The translations under genes and the position numbers were made by a program. Shown piece by piece: positions 28,054-35,336 of a stretch of DNA of 64,000 bases. The stretch lies in NCBI GenBank assembly GCA_015659035.1, contig DQNS01000028.1:8711-72710 (forward strand), given 5' to 3'. Within the stretch, counting starts at the first letter, position 1, and every line of letters begins with the position of its first letter. The notes below the pieces were generated by a model that searched no databases, was not told the DNA's origin, and worked only from the letters and a program-made list of their open reading frames with translations. The DNA comes from Acidobacteriota bacterium (GTDB lineage: Bacteria > Acidobacteriota > Vicinamibacteria > Vicinamibacterales > UBA8438).

Positions 28054-29322
28054 ATGACGACACAAGTGGTCGACCGAGTCTTGGCCGAGGTGGAGTCGGC
28101 GACCGACGAGATCGTCGCCTTTGCGGCCGATCTGGTGCGGGTCCCGACCCTCAATCCGCCGGGAGAGGCCTACGAGACCTGCGCGCACGTGCTCGGTGAC
28201 CGGCTGCGGGACTGCGGGTTCTGTGTGCGGTATCTCGTCGCCGAGGACCGTCCCGAGCATTCGACCCGGTACCCGCGTGTGAACGTCCTGGGCCGGCGGG
28301 ACGCGGGTCGCGGCGGACCGGTCGTGCACCTGAACGGCCATCTCGACGTCGTGCCGCCCGGCGAGGGGTGGACCGTGGATCCGTTCGGCGGTCTGGTTCG
28401 TGACGACCGGCTGTATGGGCGCGGCAGCACCGACATGAAGGCGGGCATCGCTGCCGCGGTCTACGCGGCCGAGGCGCTGCGTCGAGCCGGCGCGCCGCTG
28501 GCCGGCACCGTCGAGGTCAGCGGCACGGCCGACGAAGAGAGCGGCGGGTTCGCCGGGATGGCTTGGTTGGCCGAGCAGGGGCACCTCTCGGCGTCGCGCA
28601 CCGACTACGTGATCATCCCAGAACCGTTCGGGCCGGAGCGCATCTGCGTCGGGCACCGTGGCGTCTACTGGTTCGACCTGGTGACCACCGGTCGCACGGC
28701 CCACGGCAGCATGCCGTTCCTCGGTGTGAACGCCATCGACCAGATGACGGTGGTGCTGGAGGCGATCCGGGAGCGTCTGGTCCCCGGCCTGTCCCAGCGG
28801 CGCACGGCGCTTCCGGTGGTGCCAGAGTCGGCCCGGCGGGCCACGCTGAATCTCAACGCGATTGCCGGGGGGCAGACCGGCCCGGCGGCGCAGACACCGT
28901 GTGTGCCCGACCGGTGCGTGGCCACCTTCGACCGGCGCTTTCTGTCAGAGGAACGGTTCGAGACCGTCAAGACGGAAGTCGAGCAGGTGCTGGCCGACGT
29001 CACGGCCGAGCATCCCGGCCTGCGGTGTGAGCTTCGAGACCGAATGGTGGTCCATCCCGTCCGAACGCCGGACGACGCGCCGCTGGTCGAGGTGTTGTCG
29101 GCAGCCGTGGAAACGGTGACCGGCAGCCCGGCCGCGCGGGTTGCCAGCCCCGGTACCTACGACCACAAGCACGTCGCGCGGCTGGCCGGCATCGAGCAGT
29201 GTGTCGCCTACGGACCCGGCACCCTCGAGCAGGCGCACCAGCCGGACGAATGGTGTGGTGTCGACGACCTGATACAAGCGACCCAGGTGCTCGCCCTGAC
29301 CCTGCTGCGCCTCGCCGGCTAA
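28054..29322 (+). CDS. M20 family metallopeptidase (ArgE/DapE/CPG2-like)
   Basis: HLNGHLDVVPPG, GRGSTDMKAG and SGTADEESGG are metal-ligand motifs. Confidence 0.85.
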   Translation: MTTQVVDRVLAEVESATDEIVAFAADLVRVPTLNPPGEAYETCAHVLGDRLRDCGFCVRYLVAEDRPEHSTRYPRVNVLGRRDAGRGGPVVHLNGHLDVVPPGEGWTVDPFGGLVRDDRLYGRGSTDMKAGIAAAVYAAEALRRAGAPLAGTVEVSGTADEESGGFAGMAWLAEQGHLSASRTDYVIIPEPFGPERICVGHRGVYWFDLVTTGRTAHGSMPFLGVNAIDQMTVVLEAIRERLVPGLSQRRTALPVVPESARRATLNLNAIAGGQTGPAAQTPCVPDRCVATFDRRFLSEERFETVKTEVEQVLADVTAEHPGLRCELRDRMVVHPVRTPDDAPLVEVLSAAVETVTGSPAARVASPGTYDHKHVARLAGIEQCVAYGPGTLEQAHQPDEWCGVDDLIQATQVLALTLLRLAG

Positions 29323-29336
29323 ATGACCCTAAGTGC

Positions 29337-30782
29337 CTACTCGCCGCCCTCGGTTCTGATGCCCTGCCGCTGCCGTTCGGCCAAGCGGGATTCGTACTGC
29401 GCGTCCGACATGAACGCGATATCGGTCCAGCCGTGTCCCATCTCGTCCATGGTGCGCGAGCCCCACCCGATCCAGGCCGAGGGATCAGGGTTGTGCCGGT
29501 TGTTGACCGTGTTGTCGTGCCACGACACCGTGTGAAGAATCGTGCCCTTCGGGAGCAGGTGTGGCTCCTTGTAGGCGTAGACGATCTGCCAGGTCTGCTC
29601 GTAGTCGGTGACGTCGGTCAGCACCTCGCGCCGGCCGTCGACGTGAATCGCCTCGAGCAGCATCCGCTTGCCCCGGAAATGCATATGCGGCTGGAAGCTA
29701 AGGACGAGCCCCGCCTGCGGCAACGGCCAGAACCGCTCGTGCCGCGCGATCGTATTTGGCGGAATGCTCATCAGCGCGACGCCGTTCAGCGTGTTGTCGT
29801 CGATGAGCGCCCCCGTCGGCATCCGCTCCTCGTGCAGGTCGAGGTCGTAGCCGGCCCGCAGCAGCCGGTCCTCGACCGCCTCACGGTTCAGCTTCCAGTC
29901 ATGCCCGATGCCGGTCCGGATGCGGTGCGCCGTGACAATGAGCTCGGGCACCTCGCCCTTGGGGTAGAACTTGATGCCGACCTTCTGGCGGTCGATGGTG
30001 TCCTCGCCCCAGGGGTGGTAGTGCGGCGCAAATCGGAACAGCCCGCCGGCTGGCAGCTTACGCCCTGTGCCGTCCGGGTAGAACTGACCGGTGCTGCCCA
30101 TGGCGTACTCGATCAGGTCGATCTCGCGCGTGTTCGACCCCATGCCCAACCGGAACCCCTCGCGGTCCTCGACGGTCTCGGGCACACTGACATAGACGTG
30201 CGAGTGATGGACGCAGCAGTAGGCCTCTGGAATGATCTGCACCCACTTCACGTAGCGGTCCTCGGTCAGCCCAGGGTCGACGATCTCGGACGGGTAGAAG
30301 TCGGCCCCCTCGGCCGGAATCTTGAACCCTTCCTCCATCTGGACGATGAGGTCCGGCTCGCCGTAGGTCCATTCGTTCAGGTCGGCGAGACCGAGCGGTG
30401 GCGGCGCGTCGGCTGGGTTGCCGCGGGGCGCGCCGGCCTCGACCCAGGCCACGATCGTTGCGATCTCGTCGTCGCTCAGCGAGGGGTCGGCAACATACTC
30501 GCCAATGCTCCGGTCGATGTGCCAGGGCGGCATCTGACGGGCCACGACGCGGTCCCGGATGGCTCGGGCCCAGGGCCGGGTTTCTGCGTAGGTCAGCAGC
30601 GACATCGGGGCGCTCGTACCCGGACGGTGACACTGCTGGCACGACCGCTGGAAGATTGGCAGCACATCGCGCGTGAAGGTGGCGCCATCGTCGGTCTGTC
30701 CCGCCGCGGCGGGACCAGGGAAAACGGCGCTCGCAAGCAGGGCGGCGGCGATGACGGCAACGCGTGTCGTGACAGCACCCAT
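29337..30782 (-). CDS. c-type cytochrome domain fused to a PHM/DBH-like copper monooxygenase domain (paralog 1)
   Basis: Track ORF 29337..30911. ATG 30782 has a GGAGGA RBS at 6-nt spacing, followed by a signal peptide. The haem motif is CQQCHRPGTSAPMSLLTY..RPWA..MPPWH. The His/Met pattern VHHSH ... HYH ... HMHFRGK ... MDEM is in PHM copper-ligand order. Confidence 0.7.
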   Translation of the reverse strand: MGAVTTRVAVIAAALLASAVFPGPAAAGQTDDGATFTRDVLPIFQRSCQQCHRPGTSAPMSLLTYAETRPWARAIRDRVVARQMPPWHIDRSIGEYVADPSLSDDEIATIVAWVEAGAPRGNPADAPPPLGLADLNEWTYGEPDLIVQMEEGFKIPAEGADFYPSEIVDPGLTEDRYVKWVQIIPEAYCCVHHSHVYVSVPETVEDREGFRLGMGSNTREIDLIEYAMGSTGQFYPDGTGRKLPAGGLFRFAPHYHPWGEDTIDRQKVGIKFYPKGEVPELIVTAHRIRTGIGHDWKLNREAVEDRLLRAGYDLDLHEERMPTGALIDDNTLNGVALMSIPPNTIARHERFWPLPQAGLVLSFQPHMHFRGKRMLLEAIHVDGRREVLTDVTDYEQTWQIVYAYKEPHLLPKGTILHTVSWHDNTVNNRHNPDPSAWIGWGSRTMDEMGHGWTDIAFMSDAQYESRLAERQRQGIRTEGGE

Positions 30783-30900
30783 AGGGATTCCTCCAGGCTG
30801 ATGCGACTCGGGCGACATCCGCCAGATTAGCACCAATACGACGCGCTCCGCTTGCACGGAGACGCTGCCCCATGATAAACCGTTTGCCGGAGAGTCGATC

Positions 30901-31686
30901 GTGCGAAACATGACCGTCTATCGAAGGCGCTCTGTGCCGGCGCTTTTGGCCGTCGTGCTGCTGGCCGGGCCATTCGTCGCTGCGTCGTTCGCGCAGAACG
31001 AGCCGGTGTATGCGGTGTATGACGGATTCGTGCTGACCGATGAGGGCTTGCACGTGCTGGCCTTCGCCTATTTCAGCCACAACTTCGAGCCGGTCACTGT
31101 GCCGGTCGGCCCACTGAACAGCTTTGGGCCTGCTCCAGCTGATCGCCAGCAGCCCACCACGTTTCTTCCTGGGCATCACCGTTTCCAGTGCGTCATGGTC
31201 GTGGGGCCGGATTTCGCAGGTGACCTTCGCTGGACGCTGGACCACGCCGGCACGGCCACGACGAGCAGCGACGACATGCTGCAATACAACTGGGAGTTCG
31301 AGGAGCGCTCGGTGCGCAACGTGCTGCGGGACGTCGAGCCGGCCGAGGCGCCGCGGGGCGTCTGCCTGAACCGGTCTCCAACGGTCAGGTTTCTCGGTCT
31401 GCGTAACGGGCCCCGAGGGGCCCCGCCGGAGGTCGTCGCCACCGTCGGCGACGAGTTGAAGCTGTTTGGGAGTGTCAGCGACGAAGGATTGCCGCGCGCC
31501 GGTACGCTGGTCACCCGCTGGCGGATGCTGGGCGGTCCGGGTACGGTGACCTTCAGTGCCCCGGACGAGCCCCGCACCCTGGCCTCGTTTGATACCCCGG
31601 GTGCCTACGAGCTCGAGCTGTGGGCGAGCGACGGGGAAAAGGATGGCAGCAACCGCGTCGCCGTCACCGTCGACCCCGCGCCCTGA
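30901..31686 (+). CDS. secreted hypothetical protein with a C-terminal PKD/Ig-like domain
   Basis: Signal RRRSVPALLAVVLLAGPFVAASFA. C-terminal FSAPDEPRTLASFDTPGAYELELWASDGEKDGSNRVAVTV. ATG 30910 is an alternative start. Confidence 0.6.
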   Translation: MRNMTVYRRRSVPALLAVVLLAGPFVAASFAQNEPVYAVYDGFVLTDEGLHVLAFAYFSHNFEPVTVPVGPLNSFGPAPADRQQPTTFLPGHHRFQCVMVVGPDFAGDLRWTLDHAGTATTSSDDMLQYNWEFEERSVRNVLRDVEPAEAPRGVCLNRSPTVRFLGLRNGPRGAPPEVVATVGDELKLFGSVSDEGLPRAGTLVTRWRMLGGPGTVTFSAPDEPRTLASFDTPGAYELELWASDGEKDGSNRVAVTVDPAP

Positions 31687-31691
31687 CGCCT

Positions 31692-33248
31692 CTACCGGCC
31701 TGGTCTGCCTGGCATCCGGCCGGCCATCGCGTCCAGCTCGTCTGCCGTGATCACGTCGTCGCCGTTGGCGTCGACGCGGTCGAACATCCCTCCGGCCTGG
31801 GCGGGGATCTCCTCACGCGTGATCCGCCCGTCGCCGTTGGCGTCGAAGGAGCGGAGCCGGGCGATCGGGTCGCCCCGCATTCCGCGACCGCCGCGGCCGG
31901 CGCCCGGTCCCATCCGCGCCGGCAGGCTCTCGATCTCATCGGCCTCCAGCACGCCGTCACCGTTCTCGTCCATCCGGTCGAACCGGTCGAGCATCTGCTC
32001 GGGCACTTCGCTCCGGGCGACCAGACCGTCATCGTTCGCGTCCCAGCCTCTGATGCGCTCGATCATCGCCCCTGGGCCGCCGCGTCCACCGCGCCCGGCG
32101 AACCGCCCGCCACCGCGACCGGCGCCAAACACCCGTCCGGCATCCGGGTCGACCTGCAGGCTGACGGCGTAGCTCTGGGTCACCGGGATGCAGAAGGTGT
32201 TGTCGTCGTCACAGGCGTAGTAGGTGACGCTCAGGTCGAACGACGCGGCCGGGTCATCGGTGCTGATGTCGACGAGGAACTCGCGCGGGTCGGCGTCGGC
32301 CGGTTCCTCGATCTCCGCGAAGGTGGCGGACGTCGGTGTGATCCCCACACCGTCCGGGGCTGTCACCTCGTATGTCAACGGCGGCGCCAGGTTGTTCCAG
32401 TGCATGTGGTAGAGCGGGTCGATGTGAAAACCGAGCAGCAGCTTGCCCTCACCGTTGCGAAGGAACTCGCGGTCGACATCGGCGCGTAGCTTCGTGTAGA
32501 ACGGCAACTGGGTGCTGTCGAGGTCCGGCTCCACCTTCAACGTCATCATGCGGCCGGGTGGTGTCACGCGTGGCACGATGCCCTTGACCACGGTCGCCAC
32601 CGGTGGTTCGGATGGCAGATCGAGGTCGGATACTCGTGTCGGGTTCTCCACCGGTCCGATCAGTCGCTCGAGGTCCTCTCGCAGCGCGGTCGGGTCGCTC
32701 CACGCGCGTCGCTCCAGAATGCGCCCGTCCGGGTCGATGATGAACTCGGAGTTCGGCATGTCGCCGAGCGCGTGCTTCAGCTCGTTGGTCATCGCGTCGG
32801 CGATCCACGGAATACGGGACCCGAGCTGCCGCTCTGCTTGCTCGACGTGCATCAGCCGCTCTTCCAGCGTGTAGGGGTCGACGTAGTGGTCGAGCTCGGG
32901 ATGGGCGAGCTGCTTGTACAGGTAGAAGAACTGGACGCCCTCTGGCGTGTAGTCGCGTTCGATCGTCTCCACCCGGGAGACGTTGGCAAGAAACGGCGGT
33001 CAGGTGAGACAGCCGAGAATGAGCACCGCGAATCGACTGTTCAGCAACGCTGGCAGGCGCGACTCCTGGCCGTCACGGTCGTAGACCGCCAGGTTGGGCA
33101 TCAGCTCGCCGACGGCGGGCGCGCTCGCTTCGAAGTTCCGGATGAGCCTGCCGCGACCGTCCGCACCACCCGGTTGCGCCGCCGCTGTCGTCGCCAGGCC
33201 GAGGGAGAACGCCAGGGCGAGCAGACTCGTCGTTCTTGGTTGGAGCAT
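31692..33248 (-). CDS. predicted selenoprotein: secreted deiodinase-like thioredoxin-fold domain (CxxU) + DsbD-N-like domain + four EF-hands; read through UGA 33000-33002
   Basis: Track ORFs 33000..33350 and 31692..32972 are in the same frame and separated only by TGA. The joined sequence reads MLQPRTTSLLALAFSLGLATTAAAQ...SRFAVLILGCLT-U-PPFLANVSRVETIERDYTPEGVQFFYLYKQLAHPE... The middle domain contains GFHIDPLYHMHW...VTYYACDDDNTFCIP. The C-terminus has four DxNxDGxxxxxE loops. A hairpin follows the UGA. Confidence 0.75.
32964..32982 (-). promoter_or_regulatory. candidate bacterial SECIS hairpin
   Basis: The minus strand reads UGA + 17 nt + CGUCUCC CGGGU GGAGACG, a perfect 7-bp stem with a 5-nt G-rich loop. 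The loop starts 24 nt after the UGA. Confidence 0.6.
33000..33002 (-). other. in-frame UGA, predicted selenocysteine codon
   Basis: The codon sits exactly at the U position of the T-U-P-P-F deiodinase motif and three residues after a Cys (CLTU). Confidence 0.7.
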
Positions 33249-33629
33249 CGGTGTGCTTCCGACTCGTGGCAGCGGACCCGGCCCCCGCGGTCGGACGTGA
33301 CATGTGGAGGACGTGGCCGAACCGCGGTTCACCACCCCTCCATGATACAAGAGACCCCGTGACGCGGCGCTTTCTTCCCCGAACTAGACCCGCACCTTCA
33401 ACAACGACGGGTGTCACGAGAACCAGACCTGCTGGGTTGACCAGCTGGACGGGTCGGCACGAGCTGATCGCCTATATTTTCAGGGCTTGACGCGGCTGTA
33501 CACCGCCTGGAGCACACGCTGGCCCGGCTCCTCTGTTGTGGTTGCCGGCCTAGACGGGCTACACTTCTATAATCTGTCCTGGATTTCAGCGACCGACGCC
33601 CGATCGATTCGTTTCGAAAAAGAGGTTAC

Positions 33630-35138
33630 GTGCGCGTATATATCGTCAACCCGAGTCATTTTTCCTTCGGGACCGGCTTCATCACCCCGCGCTGGCTCTA
33701 CGTGCTGGCAGCGTCCACTCCCGCCAAGTGGGGTGACCCCGTCCTGAGTGACGAGGGGCTCGAGCCGTTCGACGTCGAGCAGCTCGAGAAGGGTGACGTC
33801 ATCGGTATCGGGCTCCACACGGGCAACGCTTTGGTCGGCTACGAGCTCGGGCTGCGTGCCCGCGAGCGCGGCGCCTGGGTGGTGTACGGCGGCAGCCACC
33901 CCACCTTGTATCCGGAAGAGGCCCACGAGCGGGGCGGTGCGCATGCCGTGGTGAAGGGCGACGGCGACGTCGCGTGGGGCGAGGCGATCGAGGACTGCGC
34001 CAACGGCGGGCCGAAACGGATCTACGACGGTGGGCACGTGGACGGCGGCAAGTTCCAACCGGCAAGGTGGGACCTGCTGCCACGCGAGAAGTACGCCTGG
34101 GCGTCGGTGCAGACGGTGCGCGGGTGTCCAAAGCACTGCTCGTTCTGCTCGGTGTGGCGCACCGACGGGCAGGAGCCCCGTCAACGCCGGGTCGACCCGG
34201 TCATCGGGGAGATCGTCGAGCTGCGGCGGATGGGGTTCCGGTTCATTGCGCTGGCCGACGACAACTTCTATCCGGTCACGCTGGACGACCTCAGGATGGC
34301 GGACCGTCGCGCGGACAAGACCCGGTTCAACGAGCTCAAGGCGCTTCGCGACGAACGGTTCGAGTTGATGGAGCAGATGTCGAAGCTGCCCGATGATCTG
34401 GTGTTCTTCACCCAGATCACGATGGAGGCGGCCGAGGACCCGGAGTTTCTGCTGGCGATGAAGAAGGCCCACATCATGGGTGCCCTGGTCGGTGTCGAGG
34501 CGGTCACGCCTGAAGGGTTGAAGGACGTCTACAAGGACTTCAACCTCGTGGGTGAGGAGCTGGTGGACCGGCTCAGGCTGTTCAAGAAGAATGGCGTCCA
34601 CATTCTCGGCTCGTTCATCTTTGGTCTGCCGAGCGACCGGCCCAGCACGTTCTTCGCCACGGCGGACCTGGCCAAGCGCGCCGACATCGCGTTCGCCCAG
34701 TTCGTGACGCTGACGCCGTTCCCGGGCACACTGGATTTCGAGAAGTGGGAGCGCGAGAAGGGCGACGACATGCCGACGGTCGATGGCATCCCGTGGTCGC
34801 GTCACTGGCTGATTCCGCAGGCGAAGCGGCCGAAGCTGCTGACACCGCACCCGGTGATGTCGCCCGAGGAGATCCGGAAGGGCACCGACGAGGTCTGGGA
34901 GAACTTCTACAGCGTCAGGGCCTCCTGGAAGCGCTCCGATGTGGTGAAGTCACTCAGGTCGCGTCTCATCTTCGTGCTCGCCTCGAAGGCCATTCTGCAC
35001 GGGTTCGGCAAGACCGGCCTGTCGACCGACAGTGCACGCGCCGACCGCGCGTCGAAGTGGGCGGGCCTCGGCTTTTCCCTCCTCCAGAAGCTGATGGCGG
35101 CCAAGCCGATGCCCGACCTGCAGGTGCCCACCGCATAG
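33630..35138 (+). CDS. B12-binding domain radical SAM protein
   Basis: The N-terminal B12-binding-like region (DVIGIGLHTGNA) is followed by the CPKHCSFC (CxxxCxxC) cluster motif. The GTG start follows AAAGAGG. Confidence 0.85.
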   Translation: MRVYIVNPSHFSFGTGFITPRWLYVLAASTPAKWGDPVLSDEGLEPFDVEQLEKGDVIGIGLHTGNALVGYELGLRARERGAWVVYGGSHPTLYPEEAHERGGAHAVVKGDGDVAWGEAIEDCANGGPKRIYDGGHVDGGKFQPARWDLLPREKYAWASVQTVRGCPKHCSFCSVWRTDGQEPRQRRVDPVIGEIVELRRMGFRFIALADDNFYPVTLDDLRMADRRADKTRFNELKALRDERFELMEQMSKLPDDLVFFTQITMEAAEDPEFLLAMKKAHIMGALVGVEAVTPEGLKDVYKDFNLVGEELVDRLRLFKKNGVHILGSFIFGLPSDRPSTFFATADLAKRADIAFAQFVTLTPFPGTLDFEKWEREKGDDMPTVDGIPWSRHWLIPQAKRPKLLTPHPVMSPEEIRKGTDEVWENFYSVRASWKRSDVVKSLRSRLIFVLASKAILHGFGKTGLSTDSARADRASKWAGLGFSLLQKLMAAKPMPDLQVPTA

Positions 35139-35243
35139 GTTTTCCTGGCGAGGCGCCCGCCTGAGCTGCGGTGCTCCTCGGTCACAGCCCGCCTGGCTGC
35201 TCACTCGTCGCGCCTTGTCAGCGAACGCCTCGCCAGGAAAACC
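35138..35243. repeat. 106-bp unit bounded by 18-bp perfect inverted repeats (GGTTTTCCTGGCGAGGCG / CGCCTCGCCAGGAAAACC) with a 70-nt spacer
   Basis: Read directly. The left arm starts at the last base of the radical SAM stop codon. The right arm is followed by CTCGTTTTCTC. Confidence 0.7.
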
Positions 35244-35336
35244 GACCTGCCTCGTTTTCTCGAGTAGTGGTGCGTGGTGTATTGTGGTCATCCGATTCCG
35301 GATCATCAATGCGCCTTCATGTGGAGGATGTCCCTC

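Noticed and set aside
33249-33629. Small ORFs that might encode a RiPP precursor for the radical SAM enzyme, for example ORFs 33236..33490 and 33487..33747.
   Set aside because: They are Arg/Thr/Pro-rich, lack an RBS, overlap the neighbouring genes' starts, and have no Cys/Ser/Thr-rich core typical of precursors.
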